Below are positions 1 to 9,295 of a stretch of 24,611 bases of DNA, piece by piece. Location of the stretch: positions 1-24,611 of the IMG/VR virus record IMGVR_UViG_3300033562_001585. The stretch is one strand, 5' to 3'. Source of the DNA: a virus (taxonomy: Duplodnaviria > Caudoviricetes). The notes under the pieces are model-generated. The model saw only the letters and a list, made by a program, of their open reading frames with translations, did no database searches and was not told the origin of the DNA. The position numbers and the translations under genes were made by a program. The first letter of the stretch is position 1. Each line of letters begins with the position of its first letter.

Positions 1-96
1 AATGAAACTAAAGATAATGAAGTAGTTAGTAGTGATAGAAGAAATGAACTTCTTGAAATGGTTGAAAGAGAAATAAATAATAAAGGTAAATTTTAA
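1..96 (+). CDS. Partial hypothetical protein (C-terminal 31 aa, truncated by window edge)
   Basis: Frame 1 is open from base 1 (NETKDNEVVSSDRRNELLEMVEREINNKGKF*). Its TAA overlaps the next ATG (TAATG at 94-98). Confidence 0.75.
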   Translation, partial: NETKDNEVVSSDRRNELLEMVEREINNKGKF

Positions 97-1412
97 TGAG
101 TATTTCTGGAGATAAAAAAGGTATATTTACCACTATTGGTTCTTATACATCTTTTTCAAAAAACGATGGAAAAATTCCTAAATCTAGGAGTACATATCCA
201 TCTGTTAATAATAAAAAGGATGTTATACCATTTCTTATTGATACCCTTAAAGTAACAGTAGGTTCTGAAGCAGTTAAACTGGTAGTTGGTGAATTATTAA
301 CTAAATTTTTAGATAAAACTGAAACTACTTCTAAAACTATTTTAAAAAAACAATTTACTGATTCAAATTCTGATAAACAGATTAGTACCGAATTTAAAAC
401 TAATGGATATCGTGTAAAAGCATCTAAAATTGATATTAATAAAAAGCTTAGAAGTAAAGAAACTTCAGCAACATATCCATTATATCGAAATGATGTAAGT
501 ATTTCATTTGAAAATAGTATGCATGATGCAGTTAGATTAGAATCTACTGAAATTAATTTTGAAAATATTATTAAAGTAACATATGATAAAAATAGTGATG
601 AATTAATTTTTAAGTCAGCTAAAGCAGATTATCTTACTAAAGATTTTGTTAATGATTATATTGATAAAACATCTATTATTAATAAGAAAGAAATCCATAC
701 TAATGTAATGAATTCATTATTTGGTACAACATCAAAAAATGAAAATAAAACAATTAGTGAAATTGCTGGTGAATTAGAAGTTGATAAAATACTTAGTCAA
801 GTTATAGATGGAAGTGATAATTTCGATATATCTCAAAATGATTTAGATAAATTATATAAAACTGCTGAAGATATTGCAAATGGTGTTTCTAAACACGATT
901 TAGGATGTGGTATAATGGATTCATCTTTAAGTATTGAAGATTTAACTAATTTAATATCACAAATTTCTGGTTCAACTGATTCATTTGCTGTATCAAGTGC
1001 ATTAGAAAACACACTTGAAAATAATACTAATTTAGATCCTGAAATATATGCTGAAAATAAAGAAACTATAAAGGATAATTTTTTTAAAAAAATTATTAAT
1101 TCATTTGTATTAGCATTATCAAAAGCGTTAACAACAGCACCACAAATAAGAGCATTAATAGCAATAACTGGAGCATTTAAAGGTAAATTTAATTTATTGG
1201 AAGGTAAAATAAGTGAAACAATTAAAAATGTTAAAACATTTATTAATTGTATGATTAAAGATTTAATTAAACAAGTAAGTGAATTTATTTATAAAAAAGT
1301 AATTTCATTAATTAAAAAATTAATTAAACCAATATTAAAAAATATTGCAAAAGAAAAAATTATATTATATAGTAGATTAATTAAAAGTCTAGCTAAACCA
1401 TTACCAACTTAA
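96..1412 (+). CDS. Hypothetical protein, probable virion (baseplate/tail) component, 438 aa
   Basis: Long ORF in a tightly coupled operon ending in the spike gene; helical Lys/Ile-rich C-terminus; no recognised enzyme motif. Confidence 0.6.
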   Translation: MSISGDKKGIFTTIGSYTSFSKNDGKIPKSRSTYPSVNNKKDVIPFLIDTLKVTVGSEAVKLVVGELLTKFLDKTETTSKTILKKQFTDSNSDKQISTEFKTNGYRVKASKIDINKKLRSKETSATYPLYRNDVSISFENSMHDAVRLESTEINFENIIKVTYDKNSDELIFKSAKADYLTKDFVNDYIDKTSIINKKEIHTNVMNSLFGTTSKNENKTISEIAGELEVDKILSQVIDGSDNFDISQNDLDKLYKTAEDIANGVSKHDLGCGIMDSSLSIEDLTNLISQISGSTDSFAVSSALENTLENNTNLDPEIYAENKETIKDNFFKKIINSFVLALSKALTTAPQIRALIAITGAFKGKFNLLEGKISETIKNVKTFINCMIKDLIKQVSEFIYKKVISLIKKLIKPILKNIAKEKIILYSRLIKSLAKPLPT

Positions 1413-1415
1413 CAA

Positions 1416-1817
1416 ATGGATTATAGTAATATTGACGATATAATTGGTGGATTTACAAAGCTATTAAGCTTATCATCTATTGGATCAGTAGCACCTGTTC
1501 CAGTTCCTTTAATTTTAGCTGGTGTACCTAGAAGAGGTGGTTTATCACCTACAAAAATAGCTACTAGGATAATCTCAAGAAAAAATGAAGCTGGATTACC
1601 TGTTGGTGTATTACCTTCAGGAGCAGTTTCACCAGATGAAATTATGGAAAGAATTAGAATAGAAGAAATTGTTAAAGCACTACAAGAGGAAGCTGTTATT
1701 ACAATAGCAATTGCACCTGGAATTGCTGTAACTGCAACTGGCGCAAATGCTGGCGGGCCTATTCAAGTAGTTGGTTCTACAATAGTTCCATTTAAAGGAT
1801 ATGGAGTAATACAATAA
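1416..1817 (+). CDS. Hypothetical Pro/Gly/Ala-rich protein, probable baseplate/spike-associated, 133 aa
   Basis: ORF track; C-terminal TATGANAGGPIQVVGST; lies upstream of the spike gene. Confidence 0.55.
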   Translation: MDYSNIDDIIGGFTKLLSLSSIGSVAPVPVPLILAGVPRRGGLSPTKIATRIISRKNEAGLPVGVLPSGAVSPDEIMERIRIEEIVKALQEEAVITIAIAPGIAVTATGANAGGPIQVVGSTIVPFKGYGVIQ

Positions 1818-1819
1818 TT

Positions 1820-1999
1820 ATGGAAAATTTAAAAGAATATACACCAATAGAATTATTGAAAATTCTTAACGATATTAAATCAGAACATGATAAATTAAAA
1901 GTGAGTATAGTTGAAGATACAAATCAAGTTGATGTTTTAGAACAGAAAATAAATAATGAATTATTATTACTTTCTGAATTAGAAAATAATTATATATAA
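1820..1999 (+). CDS. Small coiled-coil hypothetical protein (59 aa; possibly 68 aa to 2026 if TAA at 1997-1999 is premature), not in the ORF track
   Basis: Hand translation MENLKEYTPIELLKILNDIKSEHDKLKVSIVEDTNQVDVLEQKINNELLLLSELENNYI*IIEEINNR*. It fills the 1818-2028 gap, with TAATTATG coupling at both ends. Confidence 0.75.
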   Translation: MENLKEYTPIELLKILNDIKSEHDKLKVSIVEDTNQVDVLEQKINNELLLLSELENNYI

Positions 2000-2028
2000 A
2001 TAATAGAAGAAATAAATAATAGATAATT

Positions 2029-2916
2029 ATGCCTTACGATAAACCCATAATTCATACAAGTGATCCTTTTAAAAAAATTATAGATAATGGTTCTGTTAAT
2101 AGAAGTATCTATTATGGTGAAGTTATATCTGTTTCTGATCCTACTGATGGTGGCATAATTCAAGTAAAAATACTTGAGCTAGATAATAGAACATTAAACG
2201 AAAATTTACCACAATGTTATCCTTTATTACCTAAATTTTTTCATTTATATCCTAAAGTAGGTGAAATTGTTAGAGTTTTTATTAGTGACCCAAAATACCC
2301 ACAAAAAGATAGATTTTGGATGGGAAATATTGTATCACAATTACAAAAAATTGAATTTGATTCAAAATATACTGCATTATCTACAACAAATTTAGGTACT
2401 ATTGCACCTGAAAAAGCTGTAAGTACTTTTCCAGATGCAGATGGTGTTTATCCAACAAAAGAAGATGTTGGATTAATAGGTAGAAAAAATACTGATGTTA
2501 TATTAAAACCTAATCAAGTAATTATTAGAGCAGGTAAACATATTAATGGAAATCCATTAAAAGCTAATACTGAAAATCCAGCTTGTTTATTAATTTCTTT
2601 TGATAAAAAAGATGATGTTAATTTTTATAGTAATACAATTATCATGTCAGATAAAATAGCTTTAATAACTCATAGTGGAAATCCAAAATTTAAAAGTGCT
2701 AGATTATCTGATGCTGATCGTAAATTAATTTTTGATGAAGGTCACCCTATAGCTAGAGCAGATATATTAGTTAATGTATTAAATATAATGAGAAACGCTA
2801 TTGTAAATCATATACATCCATATTCTGGAATAGAAGCTGATTCAACAGCAATTATAAATGAATTAAATGATGTTGATTTAAATAATATAATACAACCAAA
2901 TATTGTTGTAAACTAG
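2029..2916 (+). CDS. Baseplate central spike / gp5-Vgr OB-fold protein
   Basis: N-terminal YGEVISVSDPTDGGIIQVKI...PKVGEIVRV resembles the gp5/gpV OB-fold. C-terminal HIH (HxH) resembles the metal-binding spike apex. No lysozyme domain seen. Confidence 0.75.
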   Translation: MPYDKPIIHTSDPFKKIIDNGSVNRSIYYGEVISVSDPTDGGIIQVKILELDNRTLNENLPQCYPLLPKFFHLYPKVGEIVRVFISDPKYPQKDRFWMGNIVSQLQKIEFDSKYTALSTTNLGTIAPEKAVSTFPDADGVYPTKEDVGLIGRKNTDVILKPNQVIIRAGKHINGNPLKANTENPACLLISFDKKDDVNFYSNTIIMSDKIALITHSGNPKFKSARLSDADRKLIFDEGHPIARADILVNVLNIMRNAIVNHIHPYSGIEADSTAIINELNDVDLNNIIQPNIVVN

Positions 2917-2917
2917 A

Positions 2918-2942
2918 AAAGCTGCTAAAATTTAGCAGCTTT
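2918..2942. terminator. Bidirectional intrinsic terminator
   Basis: Perfect inverted repeat AAAGCTGCTAAA-A-TTTAGCAGCTTT between the convergent spike and tube genes. Confidence 0.8.
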
Positions 2943-2963
2943 AATATTTTATAAAGTATTTTA

Positions 2964-3452
2964 TTAGTTATTAAGAATACACCTCCAAGGTTGTACTGTG
3001 AGGCTCAATTTAGCAACTTCATCAATTGAATAGTCAAAATCACCAGCAGTAAAGTTAGTAATAATACACTGTTCCAAAGTCCATTTTTGTACTTCAATAC
3101 CAACAGGATCAAGACCTTTAATTAAAATAGTCTTTGCTGACCCAGCTTTATATCCCATACGCCCTGTAAGTGATTCTGCGTGTAGTCTAACCCACTCCAT
3201 TAATTGTTGTGAGGTAGAAGGCCCGATTGTATCAATAAAATCGATAGTGATAGGTTTCCATTCGTATTTTCCAGATACATAATTTTTTCCATTCATAAAA
3301 TCAATTCCTACTGAATTTATATCTAATTGTGGTTTACCAATTTTTTGTATCTTCCAAACTTCTATTCCTAAATCGTCTTGAAATTCAGCAAAAAATCTAT
3401 TTACCCTTAATGGTTCATATTCCATTGGAATTCCTCTTAATAGTTCTGCCAT
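2964..3452 (-). CDS. Tail tube protein (T4 gp19-like)
   Basis: 162 aa; EPLRVNRF, YVSGKYEWKPITIDF, EWVRLHAESLTGRMGY, KWTLEQC, GDFDYS..EVAKLSLTVQ match the gp19 fold; downstream of sheath. Confidence 0.88.
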   Translation of the reverse strand: MAELLRGIPMEYEPLRVNRFFAEFQDDLGIEVWKIQKIGKPQLDINSVGIDFMNGKNYVSGKYEWKPITIDFIDTIGPSTSQQLMEWVRLHAESLTGRMGYKAGSAKTILIKGLDPVGIEVQKWTLEQCIITNFTAGDFDYSIDEVAKLSLTVQPWRCILNN

Positions 3453-3483
3453 GATTATAATTATTTAATTTGTTTTATTTTCT

Positions 3484-3492
3484 TATAAATAC
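3484..3492 (-). promoter_or_regulatory. Putative late promoter motif GTATTTATA (tube gene, proximal)
   Basis: TATAAATAC on + strand, about 31 nt upstream of the tube ATG; recurrent motif. Confidence 0.6.
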
Positions 3493-3553
3493 TACCATTT
3501 TTAATTTTTTTCAAATACTAGTATTTTATTTATAATTTTATTATCTATTTTAT

Positions 3554-3562
3554 TATAAATAC
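3554..3562 (-). promoter_or_regulatory. Putative late promoter motif GTATTTATA (tube gene, distal)
   Basis: Second TATAAATAC copy in the same intergenic region. Confidence 0.5.
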
Positions 3563-3587
3563 GTTTACTATATAAAAAAGTCTTTTT

Positions 3588-5144
3588 TTATAAAAAAGTT
3601 TTATTTATAAATTTAAAATTACCACAATCATATATTCTAGGAATTTTTCTTTCTAACATTATTTCATGTTCTGTTTTTCTTGGATCATAACCTTCAGAGA
3701 CTAATATATCTTTTCTGAATAAAAATCTATGTTTTCTTGTTTTACCTATAACATACCAATAATTTGGTAATGTTTCATATTCAAGTTTAAAACCAAGATT
3801 ATTATATAAATTACCATTACTATATCTTTTATTTGCAAAACTAGTAACAGATATTGGCTTATATGTTTTTTTAAAATAAGAATATAATTTAGATGCACCA
3901 CCTATAACTATCGTGTTTAATTTATTACAAAATCTTAACATTTCATATTCACCATCAATTTTATTTTTATTTCCCATTACATTCCGCAATTTTCCGAAAG
4001 TCATTAATGAGACCAATTCATTATCGTTAAATAAACCTAATTTAATTGATGAATTAACATTTCCTTGTATGTGATTATTATTAAGAAATTCTTTAGATAT
4101 TTTAGCATCAATTTCTTTAATAACACATTTTCGTGCAAAAATTCTAGTATTATTTAATAATATTTTATTTTTTATTATTGATTCTATAATGGGGTATTTT
4201 TCAAATAATTCATCCTCAAAAAAATGTAATAATTGAATATTTAATCCATTACATTTTTTTGTTTTATTTAAATGATATTCTTTATCTATATAATATTCGG
4301 AATGCCAATGAAGTCCATTAATTTCAATAGCTAAATTAAAAGAAGGTATATAAATATCTAATTCACCCTCAATAATTCTTCTAGTATGTGGTATATATTT
4401 AATATTATTTTCGTCTAATAATTTACAAATTTTACGCTCAAATGTTGTTCGTGGTGAACCGATTGGTTGTATTATTGTTGATAATTCTACTTCATGGTTT
4501 AATCTATTAACTATTAATTTTCTATTATCTTCAAATATGTGTCCATCTGGATGTTGAACGATAATATTTTCATTTTTAAATTCTAAAATATTATAACCTA
4601 ATTCTAAAAATCTAATACTTAATTTTTTTCTTCTTTTTTCTTCTAGTTTTAAAAGAGCATCTTCATTATTATAACCATTACTTTTATGAGTGGCAATTGC
4701 TTTTAATCTAATTTTATCTACTTGAAAAGTATGTTTAACACCATATTTTTTTAAAATAACATTTTCTGTTTTTTCTAAACGTAATTTAATATTCTCTGGT
4801 TTTAATTGCCATTCTTTAATACATTTATCAGAACAAAAATTTTTAACACGTTTAATTCTTTCATTAAATTCAGTACCACAATTCAAACAAATTTTATTTT
4901 CTCTTGAAATATCTTTCTTATTTTGACCTGAACATTTATAAGAACAAAATCTTTTATTCTCTTTTATTTTTGATTTAAAAGAAACACCACAGCATTCACA
5001 AGATTTTTCAATATAATATTTTAAATCTAAATTATATCTATTATTTTTTTTACATTCTTCAGAACAAAATTTAGTTTCTCTACCTTTTTTTACTGTAAAA
5101 GATTTATTACATTCCCCACAAATTAAATTCACTATCGTTGACAT
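3588..5144 (-). CDS. Free-standing homing-endonuclease-like protein (Hef-like): three Cys zinc-binding repeats, Vsr/PD-(D/E)xK-type nuclease, C-terminal GNAT/Mom-like domain
   Basis: Three CxxC..F..FCSxxC repeats; ELDIYIPSFNLAIEINGLHWH...HLNKT...HFFEDE nuclease motif; FARKCVIKE...NHIQG...ELVSLMTFG...EMLRFC...SFANKRY...RIYDCG. Inserted between sheath and tube. Confidence 0.75.
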   Translation of the reverse strand: MSTIVNLICGECNKSFTVKKGRETKFCSEECKKNNRYNLDLKYYIEKSCECCGVSFKSKIKENKRFCSYKCSGQNKKDISRENKICLNCGTEFNERIKRVKNFCSDKCIKEWQLKPENIKLRLEKTENVILKKYGVKHTFQVDKIRLKAIATHKSNGYNNEDALLKLEEKRRKKLSIRFLELGYNILEFKNENIIVQHPDGHIFEDNRKLIVNRLNHEVELSTIIQPIGSPRTTFERKICKLLDENNIKYIPHTRRIIEGELDIYIPSFNLAIEINGLHWHSEYYIDKEYHLNKTKKCNGLNIQLLHFFEDELFEKYPIIESIIKNKILLNNTRIFARKCVIKEIDAKISKEFLNNNHIQGNVNSSIKLGLFNDNELVSLMTFGKLRNVMGNKNKIDGEYEMLRFCNKLNTIVIGGASKLYSYFKKTYKPISVTSFANKRYSNGNLYNNLGFKLEYETLPNYWYVIGKTRKHRFLFRKDILVSEGYDPRKTEHEIMLERKIPRIYDCGNFKFINKTFL

Positions 5145-5183
5145 GTTTGGTCTTATTTATATTTATTCTACCAGTATATTTTA

Positions 5184-5196
5184 CAAATATAAATAC
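5184..5196 (-). promoter_or_regulatory. Overlapping late motif (GTATTTATA) and Bacteroidota-type -7 element (TATATTTG)
   Basis: Minus strand reads GTATTTATATTTG, about 40 nt upstream of the endonuclease ATG and just downstream of the sheath terminator. Confidence 0.55.
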
Positions 5197-5204
5197 ATTA
5201 TAAT

Positions 5205-5241
5205 AAAAAAAGCTATTAAATTAAATTTAATAGCTTTTTTT
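5205..5241 (-). terminator. Intrinsic terminator after tail sheath
   Basis: AAAAAAAGCTATTAAATT-A-AATTTAATAGCTTTTTTT inverted repeat with A/T tracts, 17 nt after the sheath stop. Confidence 0.8.
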
Positions 5242-5258
5242 TATAAATAAATTAATAT

Positions 5259-8045
5259 TTAAGCACCTACATCATTGAAAGATGCACCAGTAGGAGTAAT
5301 TGTGAATCCAATTCCAATAAATTCTACAGTTCTTGTTGGTTTTAAATAAATTTCACCATATAATTCATTTCTATCTTGTGTTTCAGGTGTATTGTTAGTA
5401 CTATCCATTTTCACTTTGAAATCGTATAAGCCTCTTTCTCTTTTGATATTATCTAAAAGTGGATTAGATTTTGTTAAAAATTGGTCAATTGTTGCTTGAT
5501 CATCTTGTTCGAAAACTAATCTGATTGCAATGTTTGAAATAAGAACTTTTATTTGTAACAACAAACGTCTTACGTTAATTCGATCTAAAGCACTTTCTTT
5601 AACCTGTAAAGTTTTCTGTCCGAAAATAGCTGTACCAGCATCTGAAAAATCTACCATAGGATTAATTCTAGCTCTATAAAGAATATCACGAGCATCTTGA
5701 GATAATTTAATTTTAGATTTTTTAAAGTCAGTAGTACCTCTTTGTAAACCAGCAGGTGCAAACCAAGGGAATTTAGTATTATCAGTAAATGCAATTGCTT
5801 TTAACACTTCAGGTGTTGGTGGTAAAAATACATTAACATTATTTTGAGTATCCTTTAATTGACACCAAGGAAAATAAGTACAAGAATAACTTGAATCAAT
5901 TTCTAATTCATTCATAGTACGTGCAATATCAGTTGCTATTGTAACATCTAATTTAGAATCCCCAACAGTATAATTCATATCAACATCTGGAGAGTCAATA
6001 ACGTATAAACTATCAGATCTTTGTTGCTCAATCATTTCAATAGTATTTTGTACTAATATAGTTTGATATTGCCAATCTATACCTGGTGTTGCAAATAAAT
6101 TAATTGTAATATCTTCTGGATTTCCAAAAGTATTAATTGCACTTTCCCATGCTTGAAAATCATTTAATGGTGTTACACCAGAATCAACTCCATCGTATAT
6201 TCCACCTTCTTTATAATAATCACCATAAGTTCTAACATCATTATTTACGTCCCATCCATCAAAACCACCAGCAGGTGCAAATGTGAATTTTCTTGAATTT
6301 AAACTATAATATTTGTTATTAATATTTATTGTATCGTAAATAGTTTTAAATGTATCACCACCAACCTCAAATTCACCAATTAATTGAGTTCCATCATAAT
6401 ATGTACCAGTTGCCCCAGAATCCATATGAAACCCTTTTGTTTTTGCTGTTCCACTATTATGAAAATTAAATATATTCTGATTTACACCAGTACCTTTTGA
6501 TGAAACACCATCATAACCACTATTTGAAATACCTAGATAAACTCTATTAAATTTATCAGTATCTAAATATGATTGTTTATAAAACATTTTAGGTGCTACA
6601 CCTTCAATACCAGAACCAGTTCCAGTTGAGCTAAAATCATTCAACATATAACCTTCAAAACCAGCAGGGAAAACATCTGGTGTAATTTCAGTACCCATTT
6701 CAAGCATAACATATTTACTAGCAATATCATAAGTACCATCAGATGTACCGATTTTTTGTGCAATATAATTAGTTTGACCTTCAAGCATTGTACATCTTGT
6801 AAAAGATTCTAACACTACAGGGTTTGAATCAGTATCATAGAAATCTCTGATCAATACATCAAATTCAAAAGTATCTGGTTTAATATTACTAATACTTACT
6901 TTATATTCTTTATTAGCATTATCACCATCAGAAATAGAAATAAATTTAAATAATCTATCAACATTTCCACCTTTTATTTGAGAAACAACCCAAGGAGTTT
7001 CTGGTGTTTTAAATCGTGTTTTATAATTAGTAAAATTATCTGTTGTTGCATTAATTAAATCTGTATTAATACCAAACCCAATAGGTGATATACCAGTTAA
7101 AGTTGAACCACTAGAAAATTCAGTACCAAAATCATCTAATTTTTTAATTAAATCAGGATAAATTTCTTGAATCCAAATTTTAGTTTTTTTATCTTTAGCA
7201 CCAACACCAACAACATTAGGTAAATAATTACTAGCGTTAGGGTTTAATGAAACATTATATAATTCAGTTCCACCACCACTAAAAACATCGCTATTAAGTT
7301 CGCAAACAAGAGTAAAATCACCAAATAAATCACCAACACCAACGTTAGTTGAATTACCTGTAATTGTTATACCAGTAACGTAAAATTCAGTTTTTGGTGT
7401 ACCATTATATACTGGAGCAACTTGAGCTTTACTTCTTATCATTCCTAATACCATATTAGTATAACCACTATATTCAACACCTGTAAAAGTTGTTGCACTT
7501 ACAGAAACAGTTCCTGTACCACCTGTAAAAGTTTCAACAGTGAAGAAAGTTTTTATTCCAGAGAAGTTAGAACCTGATTTAGTAAATCCACTAAAAGAAC
7601 TTCCAGTATCACCTACTTTATAGAGATTAACTCCTTCATACATATAATCTGAAAAAGTATCACCAGTAACTACAGGTGAACCATAATTAAGTGTATCTGG
7701 ATCAAGACCAGAACTTAATGAAATAACCCATGCTTTACCAGCATCATATCCAGATAATCCTAATACCCTAGTAACCCATAATTGATTTGATTCTTCAAGA
7801 TAAGCGTTAGCACTATAAGGTAATTGATATCTTAAACTTCCATTAGAGGAAAATTTTTCAATGCTCTGCGCACCAAATCTTGTAAGAAATTCACCCTTAT
7901 CTGTAATATATACAGGTTCAAATGCTGGCCCTTTCAGGGTTTCTCCAACAAGACCTAATGTTGTGACACCTACTGATTTAGTAACAAATGTTAGGTCACG
8001 TTCTCTAAATTTTAGACCTGGTGACGTAAATACAAATTCAGCCAT
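5259..8045 (-). CDS. Tail sheath protein (T4 gp18-like), 928 aa
   Basis: N-terminal FTSPGLKFRERDLT...GETLKGPAFEP; C-terminal PWFAPAGLQRG, LYRARINP, FGQKTLQ...ALDRINVRRLL, EIYLKPTRTVEFI. Confidence 0.96.
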   Translation of the reverse strand: MAEFVFTSPGLKFRERDLTFVTKSVGVTTLGLVGETLKGPAFEPVYITDKGEFLTRFGAQSIEKFSSNGSLRYQLPYSANAYLEESNQLWVTRVLGLSGYDAGKAWVISLSSGLDPDTLNYGSPVVTGDTFSDYMYEGVNLYKVGDTGSSFSGFTKSGSNFSGIKTFFTVETFTGGTGTVSVSATTFTGVEYSGYTNMVLGMIRSKAQVAPVYNGTPKTEFYVTGITITGNSTNVGVGDLFGDFTLVCELNSDVFSGGGTELYNVSLNPNASNYLPNVVGVGAKDKKTKIWIQEIYPDLIKKLDDFGTEFSSGSTLTGISPIGFGINTDLINATTDNFTNYKTRFKTPETPWVVSQIKGGNVDRLFKFISISDGDNANKEYKVSISNIKPDTFEFDVLIRDFYDTDSNPVVLESFTRCTMLEGQTNYIAQKIGTSDGTYDIASKYVMLEMGTEITPDVFPAGFEGYMLNDFSSTGTGSGIEGVAPKMFYKQSYLDTDKFNRVYLGISNSGYDGVSSKGTGVNQNIFNFHNSGTAKTKGFHMDSGATGTYYDGTQLIGEFEVGGDTFKTIYDTININNKYYSLNSRKFTFAPAGGFDGWDVNNDVRTYGDYYKEGGIYDGVDSGVTPLNDFQAWESAINTFGNPEDITINLFATPGIDWQYQTILVQNTIEMIEQQRSDSLYVIDSPDVDMNYTVGDSKLDVTIATDIARTMNELEIDSSYSCTYFPWCQLKDTQNNVNVFLPPTPEVLKAIAFTDNTKFPWFAPAGLQRGTTDFKKSKIKLSQDARDILYRARINPMVDFSDAGTAIFGQKTLQVKESALDRINVRRLLLQIKVLISNIAIRLVFEQDDQATIDQFLTKSNPLLDNIKRERGLYDFKVKMDSTNNTPETQDRNELYGEIYLKPTRTVEFIGIGFTITPTGASFNDVGA

Positions 8046-8103
8046 AATTTTTTATTTTATTAATTATTATTTTTTTATATACTATCTATTTATAATATTT
8101 TTA

Positions 8104-8112
8104 TATAAATAC
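8104..8112 (-). promoter_or_regulatory. Putative late promoter motif GTATTTATA (sheath)
   Basis: TATAAATAC on + strand, about 58 nt upstream of the sheath ATG. Confidence 0.6.
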
Positions 8113-8146
8113 TTGATAGTTTGCCAAAAAACAAATCCTCTTATGA

Positions 8147-9283
8147 TTATTTTAAATTCAACACAAATTTTTTGCATCCACAATCATAAATACGATAATA
8201 TCCTAACTGTTCCATTAACATTTCTTCTGAATTAGTTTGATTATCAATTAAATAATCAGGATATTGCTCTTTTATATTAGCTAAAGTTTTTCTATTCATA
8301 TTTTTCTTTTTGTATGAAAAATAAAAAAAACTTGGTCTTGTATTTTTAATATTTTTAAAACCTATTTTTCTATAAGAATTTCCTTGAAAATAACGTCTAT
8401 CTACATTCATTATCAAAGACTTAGGCTTATATATATAAATAAAATGTTTAATTAACTTATCTAAACTACCTGATACATAAGTATTTAACTTATCACAATG
8501 CCTGATTATCTCAAATGAAGAAAAATTAATTTTTTTAATTGATAATATACTAACTAATTCATTTTTAAAATATAATCCATAATTAATTAAAGTATCACTT
8601 GAACCAAATAAATTATTTTCATCTAAAAAAACATGTGTTTGATACATTTCAACTTCTCTTATCTCACAATATCTTGCAAATATTTTTTTATCATAAATTT
8701 TTAGTTTAGATTTAATGATAGATTTTACTATGTTTTTTTTATTAGTCCATTCATCTTCGAAAATTTGTAATAGTTTAATATTATTCTTTTCGGATAATTC
8801 TGTTTTATTTAAATGATAATTACTTTTTCTAAATTTACTCGAATGCCACCATAAACCATTATACTCAATTCCTAAGTTATATTCTGGAAGATAAATATCA
8901 ATTTCAGATTTTTGAATTTTAAGTTTTTTTGATTCTATATGTAATTCTTTTTCTATGAAATGTCTTACTTCATTTTCTTGTATTGAACTAGTTTTATCTA
9001 TTGGATTACAAATAGGACAAATTAATTTACTATGTTCATTGTTTTTAATTTTAGAAATTTTATTTTTTAAATCATTTTTAGTGGTGATAAATGTAGGGTG
9101 TTTTATACAATAATTTAATATTGATACTTGAGTATCGTTTAAATAAATAATGTTTTTAATTGGAATATTTAACGCTTTTGAAATTTCTTTTTTTGTGTTT
9201 TCTTTTTTTAGTGTATTACTTCTAGTTCTTTTAATTGAATGCTTTTTATCTCTTGATCCGACATTTTTTTTATTTCTAACCAT
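8147..9283 (-). CDS. Free-standing homing-endonuclease-like protein (Hef-like): CPICNP zinc motif, Vsr/PD-(D/E)xK nuclease, GNAT/Mom-like domain
   Basis: EIDIYLPEYNLGIEYNGLWWHS...HLNKT...QIFEDEW and FARYCEIRE...ELVS...RIYDCG; clear paralogue of 3588-5144. Confidence 0.75.
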   Translation of the reverse strand: MVRNKKNVGSRDKKHSIKRTRSNTLKKENTKKEISKALNIPIKNIIYLNDTQVSILNYCIKHPTFITTKNDLKNKISKIKNNEHSKLICPICNPIDKTSSIQENEVRHFIEKELHIESKKLKIQKSEIDIYLPEYNLGIEYNGLWWHSSKFRKSNYHLNKTELSEKNNIKLLQIFEDEWTNKKNIVKSIIKSKLKIYDKKIFARYCEIREVEMYQTHVFLDENNLFGSSDTLINYGLYFKNELVSILSIKKINFSSFEIIRHCDKLNTYVSGSLDKLIKHFIYIYKPKSLIMNVDRRYFQGNSYRKIGFKNIKNTRPSFFYFSYKKKNMNRKTLANIKEQYPDYLIDNQTNSEEMLMEQLGYYRIYDCGCKKFVLNLK

Positions 9284-9295
9284 ACTAATAGATAA

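Noticed and set aside
3571-3592. TATAAAAAAG-T-CTTTTTTTATA hairpin at the endonuclease stop
   Set aside because: Almost entirely A/T with one GC pair; too weak to call a terminator
7861-8235. 124-aa + strand ORF
   Set aside because: Antisense shadow of the sheath start that runs through AT-rich intergenic DNA; no protein-like features
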